The notes below the pieces were generated by a model. That model saw nothing but the letters and a program-made list of their open reading frames with translations, made no database searches and was not told the origin of the DNA. From Smithellaceae bacterium (GTDB lineage: Bacteria; Desulfobacterota; Syntrophia; Syntrophales; Smithellaceae), in NCBI GenBank assembly GCA_028693285.1, contig JAQUVQ010000005.1, positions 19,160-83,159 of the forward strand: a stretch of DNA of 64,000 nucleotides, read 5' to 3'. Position 1 is the first letter of the stretch; every line of letters begins with the position of its first letter. Shown piece after piece: positions 19,054 through 28,768 of this stretch. Position numbers and translations under genes: made by a program.

Positions 19054-20220
19054 CTATGGTTTTGCGTCCGCAAACCACGCAAACTTTCCGTCTTTAATCT
19101 GCAGAATGACCGCGCTTTTGATCGGGTCGCCGGAGCCTTCTTTAAACTGCATGCTGCCGGTTACCCCCTGATAGAGAGGAATTTTTGCCAGCGCGTCGCG
19201 CACGGCCTGCCGGTCGTTTTTACCGGCGGTTTTAATGGCCTGCAGGAGGAGTCCGAAGGAATCATACGTCAGGGCGGCTACATCGTCGGGGGTCGTCCCG
19301 TATTTGGCTTTGTAGGCCTCAATGAATTTTTTTGTCGCGTCGCTTGCCGAGTCGGCCGCGTAATGCGTGCTGAAATAATAGCCTTCGCATTCTTTGCCGC
19401 AGAGCTTGAGCAGCTCTTCGGATCCCCAGGAATCCGAGCCGATAAACGGGACGGTGATTCCCAGACGCTTGGCCTGCTGGATTTGCAGCGGAACTTCGCT
19501 GTAATAGTTCGGCAGGAAGATAATGTCCGGGTTTGCTTTTTTGATCTTGGTGAGCTGCGATGAGAAGTCCTTGTCATTGGTCGTATACGTTTCAAAAGCG
19601 ACGATTGCGCCGCCGTTTTTCTCGTACACCTCTCGGAAAATCTCGGCGATGCCTTTGTTGTATTCGGAAGCCACATCGTACAGCACAGCTGTTTTTTTCA
19701 GCTTTAAATTATCCAGCGTGAATTTGGCGATCACGCCTCCCTGAAAGGGATCGATAAAGCAGGCGCGAAAAACGTATTGTTTGGAGGCATTGGTCTTGGA
19801 ATTCAGCGTGGCCTTGGGTGCGGTGGACCAGGGGGTAATCAAAACGGTTTTGCCCGACTCGGCGATTTCCGCCGCCGGCAACGCGTAGCGGCTGGCGTTG
19901 GGGCCGACAATGGCTGTTACTTTCTGCTGGGTGATCAGCTTCTGCGCGGAGGAGGCGGACTGATCGGCTTTTCCGGCATTGTCTTCGATGATCAGTTCCA
20001 CCGGATATTTCTTATCCCCCAGAAGAATGCCGCCGCCGTCGTTGATTTCCCGGACCGCAAGCTCCGCGGCGTTTTTGCAGGAGGCGCCGACCGCCGGAAT
20101 GTCGCCGGTCAGCTCGGCGATGACGCCGATTCTCACCGCGTCGGAATCCTTTTTGGCACAGCCGAAAATACACAGTGAGCCAATCACCAAAAGAGCAATC
20201 CATATATAAGTTTTTCTCAT
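19054..20220 (-). CDS. Branched-chain amino-acid ABC transporter substrate-binding lipoprotein (LivK type)
   Basis: 388 aa with a lipoprotein signal (SLCIFGCAKK). The text is typical of type-1 periplasmic binding proteins of the Leu/Ile/Val family (VRIGVIAELTGDIPAVG, FIGSDSWG). Confidence 0.9.
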   Translation of the reverse strand: MRKTYIWIALLVIGSLCIFGCAKKDSDAVRIGVIAELTGDIPAVGASCKNAAELAVREINDGGGILLGDKKYPVELIIEDNAGKADQSASSAQKLITQQKVTAIVGPNASRYALPAAEIAESGKTVLITPWSTAPKATLNSKTNASKQYVFRACFIDPFQGGVIAKFTLDNLKLKKTAVLYDVASEYNKGIAEIFREVYEKNGGAIVAFETYTTNDKDFSSQLTKIKKANPDIIFLPNYYSEVPLQIQQAKRLGITVPFIGSDSWGSEELLKLCGKECEGYYFSTHYAADSASDATKKFIEAYKAKYGTTPDDVAALTYDSFGLLLQAIKTAGKNDRQAVRDALAKIPLYQGVTGSMQFKEGSGDPIKSAVILQIKDGKFAWFADAKP

Positions 20221-20259
20221 GGGGAATCTCCCGTCCGGAACTAAAAATTTTGACCACAG

Positions 20260-20288
20260 CTTATAAGGGAAGGACGGGGCAGTGTCAA
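20260..20288 (-). promoter_or_regulatory. Near-consensus sigma70-type promoter of the liv operon
   Basis: On the minus strand: TTGACA (20288-20283), a 17-nt spacer, then TATAAG (20265-20260), about 40 nt upstream of ATG 20220. Confidence 0.6.
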
Positions 20289-20451
20289 TGGAAAAGAAGG
20301 TCGTTGACGTACCGGACGACGGCCGGCGAGGCGGTGAGTCCCGGCGATGATATTCAGGGCGGCAGCTCCGTTTCGGCGGCCGGCGAAAAAATCTTGAGCG
20401 GTGCGGCCGGTCGTGGTAAGAACCGGAGAAAACGGAAAGGCCTTTTCAATA

Positions 20452-21234
20452 TTGAAGATTGCCACGTACAACGTCAATTCGATTCGTTCCCGTCTGCATA
20501 TCGTGCTGCCCTGGCTTGAAAGCCATCAGCCGGATATTTTCTGCATGCAGGAAACCAAGGTCGAGGACGCCAAATTTCCCCTCGCTGAATTTGAGGCGGC
20601 GGGATACACGGTAACCTTCCGCGGCGGCAAACAATACAATGGCGTGGCCGTCGCCTCCCGCATCAAGCCGCAAAAGACTTCCTTCGGACTGGCCGGTGAT
20701 CCGTCAGACCCGGACCGCCTGGCGGTTGCGCATTTCGGGGATCTGGTTGTTTTAAACGCCTATGTGCCGCAGGGGCAGGAAGTGGATAAACCCCAGTTTG
20801 CCTATAAGCTGGCGTGGCTGGGAAGGCTGAAAAAATATCTTCTTACGAACTTCCGTCCCGATCAAAAGCTGGTGTTGTGCGGTGATTTCAATGTGGCGCC
20901 CCAACCGATGGACGTTCATGATCCCAAGCGCATTCTGGGGCATGTTTCCTTCAATCCGGAGGTCTGGAAGGCTTACGAGGATGTTTTGTCCTGGGGGCTC
21001 GTGGATGTTTTCCGTCATCATCATCCCGACGAGCCGGGGCAGTACACTTTTTTTGATTACCGCGTGAAGGATTCCGTCGGGCGAAACCTGGGCTGGCGCG
21101 TGGATCATGTTCTGGCCACAAGGAAAACAGCGGATCAATCGAGCGGCTGCGTCATTGACCGGGCCACGCGTCTTGCGGAAAAGCCGTCCGATCATGCGGT
21201 GATTTACGCCGAGTGGGAAGGGAAGCTTCGATGA
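20452..21234 (+). CDS. xthA: Exodeoxyribonuclease III
   Basis: Starting at TTG 20452 gives M-KIATYNVNSIRSRL, the canonical XthA N-terminus. The track ORF starts at GTG 20401. The C-terminal text LGWRVDHVLAT ... SDHAVIYAEW fits the family. Confidence 0.9.
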   Translation: MKIATYNVNSIRSRLHIVLPWLESHQPDIFCMQETKVEDAKFPLAEFEAAGYTVTFRGGKQYNGVAVASRIKPQKTSFGLAGDPSDPDRLAVAHFGDLVVLNAYVPQGQEVDKPQFAYKLAWLGRLKKYLLTNFRPDQKLVLCGDFNVAPQPMDVHDPKRILGHVSFNPEVWKAYEDVLSWGLVDVFRHHHPDEPGQYTFFDYRVKDSVGRNLGWRVDHVLATRKTADQSSGCVIDRATRLAEKPSDHAVIYAEWEGKLR

Positions 21235-21806
21235 GGAAAAAAGAGGATATTCATCGCATCAATGAAGATCTTGCGGCGCGCTTTGCGAAAGTGGAAGCAA
21301 CGATCGCGTCCGCCCCCACCATGGCCGGACTTTTTGAGGCGCTGGTGGAAGGCATCGAAAGGGAATTTGCCGTTCCTTTTGTCTGGCTGACGTTTGTGGA
21401 TCGGCCGGGGGTGGATTTATGGATAGATGACGCGGGCGCATCGGAGATTCTGAAAAGCAGGTTTAGCGTCGTTTCCGCGGAGCTTCTGGGAAAAATTCTT
21501 TCAGGCGGGCTGCATCCCGTTCTCTCCAATCAAAATCTTCAGCCTTTTTACAAGCTGATGCCGCCCAGTCAAAAATATTTTGTCCGGTCAATCGCCGTGG
21601 TTCCTTTTGCGCAGGACGGTCAGGTGATCGGAGCCTGGAACAACGGCGATGCGGACGCGGACCGCTATTCGCCGGATATGGATACCGCGCTGCTTTCGTC
21701 ACTGGCCGACAGTGTTTCCCTTCGGCTGACTGAACTGGCCGCGGAGAAAAATGCCGCATCCGCTGCGGAGAAAAGCGCGGAGCAGCCGGGAGGTTTTCAT
21801 GGTTGA
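21231..21806 (+). CDS. DUF484-family (GAF-like) protein
   Basis: ATG 21231 overlaps the xthA stop (ATGA). The layout is an N-terminal coiled segment followed by a GAF-like region (FVRSIAVVPFAQDGQVIGAWNNGD), as in DUF484. Confidence 0.6.
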   Translation: MRKKEDIHRINEDLAARFAKVEATIASAPTMAGLFEALVEGIEREFAVPFVWLTFVDRPGVDLWIDDAGASEILKSRFSVVSAELLGKILSGGLHPVLSNQNLQPFYKLMPPSQKYFVRSIAVVPFAQDGQVIGAWNNGDADADRYSPDMDTALLSSLADSVSLRLTELAAEKNAASAAEKSAEQPGGFHG

Positions 21807-22149
21807 CGAGTGGATTCAAGAGATCAAAAAAAAGTGCCCGCCGGACATGCTGGGAATGATTCTGGTGCACAACGGCGTTGTGCGGGCCACGTCCAAAAAA
21901 GGCGGTCCGGTGGCGCGCATGAAACTTTCTTACAGCCGGGCCGCGCTGGATGAGGCGGTGCGCCGGTTCAAGGAAAGGGAAGGCATCGCGGAGATTCGCG
22001 CCTGGATCAACGAAGGGACGCTCGGCGTCGGCGACGACATTATGGTGGTTTTGGTGGCGGGCCGGTTCCGCACGGATGTTTTGCCGGTGTTTCAGGAGCT
22101 CATTTCGCTGATCAAAACAGAAATCGTGAGGGAAGATGAGACTTCATGA
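21799..22149 (+). CDS. MoaE-like (molybdopterin synthase catalytic subunit family) small protein
   Basis: GGAGG-N6-ATG at 21799. The text GMILVHNGVVRA ... IAEIRAWINEGTLGVGDDIMVVLVAG.FR follows the MoaE pattern (GAxVxFxGxVR ... HRxGxLxxGDxIVxV) by eye. Confidence 0.5.
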   Translation: MVDEWIQEIKKKCPPDMLGMILVHNGVVRATSKKGGPVARMKLSYSRAALDEAVRRFKEREGIAEIRAWINEGTLGVGDDIMVVLVAGRFRTDVLPVFQELISLIKTEIVREDETS

Positions 22150-22295
22150 GCAAGGCCCTCATTTGCTTTGCCCGCCGCCGGTTTTTGGCAGGCGGCAGGC
22201 AGGAACGCGAATATAGATAACACTTTTGAGCCCGAATATGCTAGCTTGCGTTCACCAAACGGAAAAGCCGCTCTTCGGGCCGGGAAGGAAATGCG

Positions 22296-23420
22296 ATGGA
22301 CACCATGACGGAATTCAGGGAAGTTGCTGACCAACCTTACGGGTATCTGCAAAAACTCAAAGACCAAACCGGAAAGAAGATGGTGGGCTATGTCTGTTCC
22401 TACACGCCGGAGGAGATTCTTCTGGCGGCCGGGGCCCACCCGGTGCGTCTTTTCGGCACCAAACAGCAGATTCATCTGGCCGATTCCCATCTTCAGTCCT
22501 ACAGCTGCTCGATTGTCCGCGGCGTTCTGGAGGAAGGCCTTTCCGGGAGAATCGGATTTCTGGACGGCATGGTTTTCCCGCACACCTGCGATTCCATTCA
22601 GCGGCTGTCCGACATCTGGCGTCTGAATATTCCGTTCGGATTTCATTCGGACCTGGTGCTGCCCGTCAAGCTCAACACGCCCTCCGCACGGGACTATATG
22701 ACGGATGTCCTGAGAAAATTCCAAAACGACGTCGGCCGCGCGCTTGGGGTGGACATTACCGACGACGCCCTGCAAAAAGCAATCGGGACGATGAATGCCA
22801 TTCGGCAATCGATCAGGGATATTTACGAGATCCGCAGCCAATACCCCCGTCTCATGTCCGGCGCGGATTTATACACGCTGGTCCGGGCGTCTATGATGAT
22901 GGACCGGGAGCGTCTCGCGGGGATGCTTTCCGAAACGGTTGTGAAGATGAAGGCAAAAGCGGCCGGGGAAAAGCCGGACCCCTCTCTGAAGAGGATTGTT
23001 CTTGCGGGCGGCATGTGCAATCATCCGGATATTTATCCCATGATTGAAGAGGCGGGCGGAGCCGTTGTCTGGGATGATTTCTGTACGGGGGCGAGATATT
23101 TTGCCGAGCTGGTCGCCGGTGGGGATGACCCTGCAGCCGGCATCGCGGAGCGGCTGATCCGGCGCGTGGTTTGCCCGGCCAAGCATGCCGGCCTGGACAG
23201 GCGCGCCAAACATATCCTTCGCCTCGTAAAAGAACAAAACGCCCGGGGCGTCATCTTTTTGCTTTTCAAATTCTGCGATCCGCATGCGTTTGATTATCCC
23301 GACATTCGGAAAAGCATGGACGAAGCGGGAATTCCCGTTCTGCTTCTGGAGATGGAAGACCCTCTCCCCGGGGAAGGGCAGCTGAAAACGCGTTTTGAAG
23401 CATTTCTGGAAATGGTGTGA
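22296..23420 (+). CDS. 2-hydroxyacyl-CoA dehydratase / benzoyl-CoA reductase-family subunit (HgdB/BcrC-like)
   Basis: 374 aa. The text GYVCSYTPEEILLAAGAHPVRLFG and FKFCDPHAFDYP is typical of the HAD/BcrBC family (DUF/BcrAD_BadFG partner subunits). Confidence 0.85.
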   Translation: MDTMTEFREVADQPYGYLQKLKDQTGKKMVGYVCSYTPEEILLAAGAHPVRLFGTKQQIHLADSHLQSYSCSIVRGVLEEGLSGRIGFLDGMVFPHTCDSIQRLSDIWRLNIPFGFHSDLVLPVKLNTPSARDYMTDVLRKFQNDVGRALGVDITDDALQKAIGTMNAIRQSIRDIYEIRSQYPRLMSGADLYTLVRASMMMDRERLAGMLSETVVKMKAKAAGEKPDPSLKRIVLAGGMCNHPDIYPMIEEAGGAVVWDDFCTGARYFAELVAGGDDPAAGIAERLIRRVVCPAKHAGLDRRAKHILRLVKEQNARGVIFLLFKFCDPHAFDYPDIRKSMDEAGIPVLLLEMEDPLPGEGQLKTRFEAFLEMV

Positions 23421-23431
23421 AAGGAGGCGTC

Positions 23432-24676
23432 ATGTCCGAAGCAAAATCTGAAAAGGAAAAAAGGAAAATCCAGTCCGAAAAGAAAATGCGGGATATCATG
23501 ACCGCCTACTATATCGACGCCAAAACGGCCCGGCAGAACAACAAGAAGGTGGCCTGGATCACGAGCGGCGGGCCGGTGGAGCCGCTGATCGCCATGGATA
23601 TCATTCCCGTCTATCCGGAAAACCACGGGGCCATGATCGGCGCCAGCAAAATGGGCGTGGACCTGTGCGAAAAAGCCGAGGCGATGGGCTATTCCAACGA
23701 CCTGTGTTCCTACGCCCGCTCCGACATCTCCTGCGCGACGGTCAACGGCGGACCGATCGGCGGCCTGCCGGAGCCGGACATGCTGGTGTGCTGCAACAAT
23801 ATCTGCGGAACCGTCCTGAAATGGTACGAAGTCCAGGCGCGCTATTTCAATATTCCCCTGTTTATTTTCGACACGCCCTTTTGCCATACGGAATATACAA
23901 AAGAGGCGAAGCGCTATGTGGAGCGGCAGATTGGGGAATATGTCGCCTTTCTCGAAGGCGTCTGCGGCCGCAAAATGGATCAGGACCGCATGAAGGACGT
24001 CGGCAGAATCTCCTTTGAAGGCCAGAAGCTGTGGCAGGAAGTCCTGGATACGGCGGTCAACAAGCCTTCTCCCATGACGGCTTTCGACGCTTTTTTTCAC
24101 CTGGCGCTCATCGTGACCCTGCGGGGAACACAGCAGACCATCGATTACTACCAGGGCTTGCTGGCCGAGATGAAAGACCGGATTCGTGACGGCATCGGCG
24201 CCATTGCGCAGGAAAAGTACCGTTTGCTCTGGGACAATCTTCCGATCTGGTACCGGATGAAGTGGCTGTCGAAGAAATTTGCCGAACACGACGCCTGCCT
24301 GGTGGCCGACACGTACACCTCGGCCTGGTGCGGAGCGATGAAGTATATCGACGAAAACAAATTTCTGGATTCGATGGCCGAGGCCTACTCGCGCATTTAC
24401 CTGAACATCGGCGTCGATGAAATGGCCCGCATGGTCATCGCGATGATCGACAAATATCAGGTGGACGGATTTGTGCTGCATTCCAACCGCAGCTGCAAAC
24501 CCTATTCGCTGGGCCAGTTCGATATTCAGCGGATCGTCGAAAAGGAGCGGAACATTCCCTGTCTGATGATCGAAGCGGACATGGTGGATGAACGGAGTTT
24601 TTCGGAAAGCCAGATCTCGACGAGAATCGACGCCTTTATGGAAATCATCAAGGACAGGAAAAAGGGAAGGGCGTAA
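23432..24676 (+). CDS. 2-hydroxyacyl-CoA dehydratase-family subunit (HgdA/BcrB-like)
   Basis: AAGGAGG-N6-ATG at 23432. The text VAWITSGGPVEPLIAMDIIPVYPENHGA and HSNRSCKPYSLGQ is typical of the large dehydratase subunit. Confidence 0.85.
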   Translation: MSEAKSEKEKRKIQSEKKMRDIMTAYYIDAKTARQNNKKVAWITSGGPVEPLIAMDIIPVYPENHGAMIGASKMGVDLCEKAEAMGYSNDLCSYARSDISCATVNGGPIGGLPEPDMLVCCNNICGTVLKWYEVQARYFNIPLFIFDTPFCHTEYTKEAKRYVERQIGEYVAFLEGVCGRKMDQDRMKDVGRISFEGQKLWQEVLDTAVNKPSPMTAFDAFFHLALIVTLRGTQQTIDYYQGLLAEMKDRIRDGIGAIAQEKYRLLWDNLPIWYRMKWLSKKFAEHDACLVADTYTSAWCGAMKYIDENKFLDSMAEAYSRIYLNIGVDEMARMVIAMIDKYQVDGFVLHSNRSCKPYSLGQFDIQRIVEKERNIPCLMIEADMVDERSFSESQISTRIDAFMEIIKDRKKGRA

Positions 24677-24768
24677 AGTTCAGCGGTTCAATACGGAAGA
24701 CGAACGACAGGGAACGGCTGGAAACCGCTTTCCGCAGGAGATAATCGGCGAAATACAAGATACGGGAA

Positions 24769-25536
24769 ATGATAACAGCAGGCATTGACATCGGGTCCAT
24801 CACGGCAAAAGCGGCTCTGGTTGAAAACGGGAAAATTCTGGGCACGAAGGTGACGTTTACCGGCTATAACGCGGAGGCGGCAGGCCGAAAGGTTTATGAA
24901 GATGTGCTGGCCGACTCCGGCCTGGAGGCGTCAGCCGTGGGTAAAATTGTATCCACCGGCTACGGGCGCAATTCAGTGAAATTTGCCGACAGGACGTTCA
25001 CGGAAATCATGGCGCATGCCGCGGGGGCGAATTTCCTGAAGCCGGAAGTCCGCACCATTATCGACATCGGCGGACAGGACAGCAAGGCCATCGCGCTCGA
25101 TGAGCGGGGAAAAGTCAAAAATTTTGTCATGAACGACAAGTGCGCCGCGGGGACCGGCCGTTTTCTGGAAGTGATGGCGCGCGCGCTGGAAGTCGATCTG
25201 GATGAGTTCGGCGCCATGTCGCTTCAGTCGGGCGCCCCTTCTAAAATCAGCAGCCTGTGCACGGTCTTCGCGGAATCGGAAGTCATTTCCCTGATCGCCC
25301 GCGGCGAACAGAGATTCGACATCATTGCCGGCATCCATGAATCGATCGCGGCGCGCATCTCCTCGATGATCGCGCGCGTCGGCCTGACCGAACCGGTCAT
25401 GATCACCGGCGGCGTCGCGCGCAATGCCGGTGTGGTGGCCGCGCTGGAAGGAAAACTCGGCGTGAAGATCGCCGTGCTGCCCTCCGCGCAGGTCAACGGC
25501 GCGATCGGTGCGGCAATCCTGGCGTCGTCTCTTTGA
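24769..25536 (+). CDS. CoA-substrate-specific enzyme activase (HgdC/BcrAD/BadFG ATPase)
   Basis: 255 aa. It has ASKHA-fold motifs GIDIGSITAKA and DIGGQDSK, plus NDKCAAGTGRFLE carrying the cluster-bridging Cys context. Confidence 0.9.
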   Translation: MITAGIDIGSITAKAALVENGKILGTKVTFTGYNAEAAGRKVYEDVLADSGLEASAVGKIVSTGYGRNSVKFADRTFTEIMAHAAGANFLKPEVRTIIDIGGQDSKAIALDERGKVKNFVMNDKCAAGTGRFLEVMARALEVDLDEFGAMSLQSGAPSKISSLCTVFAESEVISLIARGEQRFDIIAGIHESIAARISSMIARVGLTEPVMITGGVARNAGVVAALEGKLGVKIAVLPSAQVNGAIGAAILASSL

Positions 25537-25630
25537 GTTTGTTACGTTTTAGCTTATCTGCTTTTGCGATCAGTAAATGGGATACATTGTTTGTTCTGAG
25601 CCTCCGCATGGATTCCTTCAGCATCAATCT

Positions 25631-27865
25631 TCAGCCGAGATAGCTGACCAACTGATAGGCCGCGATGCCGCCCAGGTAGGAGACCATCAGGGTTAATGCG
25701 ATCGTGGAGTAAAACCACTTGTTGCTGTTCATTTCCTTGCGCAGGACGGCGATGGTTGCGACGCAGGGAATGAAGAGCATCATCACGACCAGAAACGCGG
25801 CCGCGGAGGCGCGGCTCATGATCGTCGGCAGAACGGCCGATATTCCCCCGTCGCCCACGGAATACAGAACGCCCAGCGTGGCCACCACGGTTTCCTTAGC
25901 GACGAGTCCGGTGAGCAGCGCGGTGATCATCTTCCAGTCCAGCCCCAGCAATTCCCCCAGCGGCTCAATCATTTTTCCCATAGCGGCCAGCCAGCTTTCC
26001 TCTACCGTTCCGGCGGGGAAATACGAAAGAATCCAGATCAGGACCGACATTCCCAGAATGACGGTGCCCGCCTTGCGCAGGAATGAAAGCGTTCTCGACC
26101 AGATGACCATCCCGATGGTCCGGGCATCCGGCGTGTGATAAATGGGCAACTCCATGATAAAAGGCGCGTCCTGTTCCCGGAGCGTACGGTTGACCAGAAT
26201 GCCCGCCAGTCCCAGCACGGCGATGTTGAGGGCCAAAATCGTCCAGGAAACGAGGGCGGCGTATTGGCCAAAGACGGCGGCCGATACCAGGGTGAGCACC
26301 GCCAGCCTCGCGGTGCAGGGGACAAACGGGATGAGCAGCAGCGTGATCATGCGGGCCTTGCGCGTCTCGATGATCCGCGCGCCGAGCACGGCGGGCACGT
26401 TGCAGCCGAAGCCCAGGCACATGGGAATGAAGCTTTTTCCGTGCAGTCCCACCAGATGCATGATGCGGTCCATGACGAACGCGGCCCGCGCCATGTAGCC
26501 CACGTCTTCCAGAAATGCCATGATCGCGAAAAAGATCAGCAAAATGGGCAGAAAACTCAGCACGGAGCCCACGCCGCCAATCACGCCGTCAACGAGAAGC
26601 CCCCTGGCCCAGCCGGGCCATTGGGCAAGCGACGGTTCGAAGGCCCGACTCAGATATTGGATGCCGTCGTTCATCGCGTTTTGCAGCGGCACGCCGAGGG
26701 TGTAGGTCAGAAAGAAAACCATCGCCATGATGGCCAGCAGAATCGGGATGCCGAAAACCGGACGGGTCAGCACATGGTCAATGCGGTCGGTGAGCACCAC
26801 CTGCCCCATTTTAAAGTGCGAAACCGCCGCACGGGTCATTTTTTCGATCCAGTCGTAGCGGCCGTTGACGACGGCGTGAAGTGCGTCTTCATGCTCGCTG
26901 AGCAGTTTCAGGATGAATTCATTGACGGCCGGCTGGATTTTCGTTTTCACCATGGCCGTGACTTCCGGGTCGCCTTCCATCAATTTTACCGCCACCCATT
27001 CGGGCGTGTAGGGCTCCCGGATAAAAGGCCGGATGGCGGCCAGAATCTTTTGGTAAATTTCCAGATGGTCGGCGGAAACCTCCGGCAGCTCGGGCCGAAA
27101 GTTCTGCGGGGAAGAAGTCAGCTCCGTAATCTCATCCACCAGTTCCTGAATGCCGCTGTTTCGTTTGGCTACCATGGGGACCACCGGGAGTCCCAGTGAA
27201 TTTTGCAGCGCTTTGGCGTCAATCTGCGTGCCCTGATTTGAAGCGACATCCAGCATGTTGATGGCCACCATCACAGGACGGTCCAGAAGCAGCACCTCGG
27301 ATAAAAGATACAGGCTGCGCTCCAGCGCCGCGGCGTTGAGCACCAGGACGACCAGATCGGGTTTCTCTTGAATAATGTAATCCCGGGTGACCCTTTCTTC
27401 CTCGGAAAAAGAGGTCAGGCTGTAGGTGCCCGGCAGATCCACGATCCGGATAAAAACGTTTCTGGCGCGGTGGACGCCTTCTTTTTTCTCGACGGTTTTC
27501 CCGGGCCAGTTGCCGACATGCTGGGAAAGACCGGTCAGGATGTTGAAGATGGTGGATTTGCCGACGTTGGGCTGGCCGACCAGGGCGACGGAAACTTCCT
27601 TCTCGATCGGAGGGAGGCAGGCATCGTCGGCCGGATCGATTTTGCGCGCCATGATCTTTGACGCTTCGCCCCGTCCCAGCGCAATCCGGGTGGACCCAAC
27701 GGAAAGGACGACCATGCCGCCGCTGACCTGCGCGATGCGGAACCGGGCGCCGCCGGCGATGCCCATGCCGGCCAGGCGGCTGGTCAGCCCGGACCCGCCG
27801 TCGATCGAAGAAATGACGCCTTCTTCGCCTTCCCGAAAATCGGTAATCACCGTCAGGCTGCTCAT
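25631..27865 (-). CDS. feoB: Ferrous iron transporter, FeoA domain fused to FeoB
   Basis: The N-terminal ~75 aa are FeoA/SH3-like (GEEGVISSIDGGSGLTSRLAGMGIAGGARFRI). Next comes the FeoB G-domain (VALVGQPNVGKSTIFN, VDLPGTYSL) and then the polytopic membrane domain. ATG 27865 overlaps the upstream stop (ATGA). The track lists GTG 27871. Confidence 0.9.
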   Translation of the reverse strand: MSSLTVITDFREGEEGVISSIDGGSGLTSRLAGMGIAGGARFRIAQVSGGMVVLSVGSTRIALGRGEASKIMARKIDPADDACLPPIEKEVSVALVGQPNVGKSTIFNILTGLSQHVGNWPGKTVEKKEGVHRARNVFIRIVDLPGTYSLTSFSEEERVTRDYIIQEKPDLVVLVLNAAALERSLYLLSEVLLLDRPVMVAINMLDVASNQGTQIDAKALQNSLGLPVVPMVAKRNSGIQELVDEITELTSSPQNFRPELPEVSADHLEIYQKILAAIRPFIREPYTPEWVAVKLMEGDPEVTAMVKTKIQPAVNEFILKLLSEHEDALHAVVNGRYDWIEKMTRAAVSHFKMGQVVLTDRIDHVLTRPVFGIPILLAIMAMVFFLTYTLGVPLQNAMNDGIQYLSRAFEPSLAQWPGWARGLLVDGVIGGVGSVLSFLPILLIFFAIMAFLEDVGYMARAAFVMDRIMHLVGLHGKSFIPMCLGFGCNVPAVLGARIIETRKARMITLLLIPFVPCTARLAVLTLVSAAVFGQYAALVSWTILALNIAVLGLAGILVNRTLREQDAPFIMELPIYHTPDARTIGMVIWSRTLSFLRKAGTVILGMSVLIWILSYFPAGTVEESWLAAMGKMIEPLGELLGLDWKMITALLTGLVAKETVVATLGVLYSVGDGGISAVLPTIMSRASAAAFLVVMMLFIPCVATIAVLRKEMNSNKWFYSTIALTLMVSYLGGIAAYQLVSYLG

Positions 27866-28731
27866 GCGCACCCCGCCTTGAGGCTCACTCGGTATTTTTT
27901 TAAAATCTGTTCCGGACCGTAGGACGTCTTCGTTTTTCGCAAATTTTTATTGCCGAGGTCCTCTTCCAGGTTCAGGTACTCATAGCGGGACTGCAATCGG
28001 ATGGCCGAATCGTTGAACATGAATTCATAGATGCCGTGATAGCTTTTCAATCCTTTGGCGAAATGCAGACAAAATGTGTCCCGGTTCAACGCTTCTCCAA
28101 TCACAAAGCCCGCCGGCTGATTTTCGATGGAATACAGGGTTCCCCAAAGTGCAAGCTCGGAGAATTTTTGCAAAGCCTCCTCGCATACCGCAAAATCTGT
28201 TTTGCCCTCGGCGAACCGGGATTCATCCTGCCAGCGTCGCAGTACGGCCAAGGCATCCTGAAGATTGCCCGGACCCAGCGGTTGACCCTCCGGACGGTAC
28301 GCGCCAAAGAACTGATTCAGATGGTTGCGGTGGCGCGTGTAGGGCTTGCCGGCAAAGGACGCCAGGTTTGCCGTCCGGTAGATATAATCCGATTCGCTTT
28401 CGTCGAAGGTTGCGCAGAATTCATTTTCGGGGAAAAACGGCAGCCACTCCTCAGGGATCGGAAAGAAAAAGTTGCGTCCGTTCAGCAGTCCCTTCAGCAT
28501 CTCCAGACAGCAGACGCGGAGATCGGCAAGCGGCATGATGTAGTTTTGCCCCTGCCGGTTGTAAGCGGAAATGAAAACGCCGCATTCTTTTTTCAGGATT
28601 TCATAATGGCTGACCTTGCGGAACAGATAAACATTGGCAAAGGTGTAGTCCGAAATGTTCAGATGCATTTGGTGAAACTGCTCCGCCAGAAATGACCGGT
28701 GCGCCAGCTCGATGGTTTCAGTAATGTCCAT
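27862..28731 (-). CDS. DUF2156-family protein (MprF/LysX C-terminal, GNAT-like fold)
   Basis: The text NISDYTFANVYLFRKVSHYE ... YTRHRNHLNQF ... NLEEDLGNKNLRKTKTSYGP resembles stand-alone DUF2156 proteins. The start is either ATG 28731 or GTG 28797 (the latter overlaps the M48 gene). Confidence 0.6.
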   Translation of the reverse strand: MDITETIELAHRSFLAEQFHQMHLNISDYTFANVYLFRKVSHYEILKKECGVFISAYNRQGQNYIMPLADLRVCCLEMLKGLLNGRNFFFPIPEEWLPFFPENEFCATFDESESDYIYRTANLASFAGKPYTRHRNHLNQFFGAYRPEGQPLGPGNLQDALAVLRRWQDESRFAEGKTDFAVCEEALQKFSELALWGTLYSIENQPAGFVIGEALNRDTFCLHFAKGLKSYHGIYEFMFNDSAIRLQSRYEYLNLEEDLGNKNLRKTKTSYGPEQILKKYRVSLKAGCA

Positions 28732-28768
28732 AAAATAAAATCTCTTCAGCCCTTTTCCGGTTTTTTGC

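Noticed and set aside
22170-22260. Possible sigma54 promoter (TGGCA...) and terminator hairpin upstream of the dehydratase genes
   Set aside because: TGGCAGGCGGCAGGCA lacks the TTGC -12 element at the correct spacing. The GCCGCC/GGCGGC stem is only 6 bp with an 11-nt loop and no U-tract.
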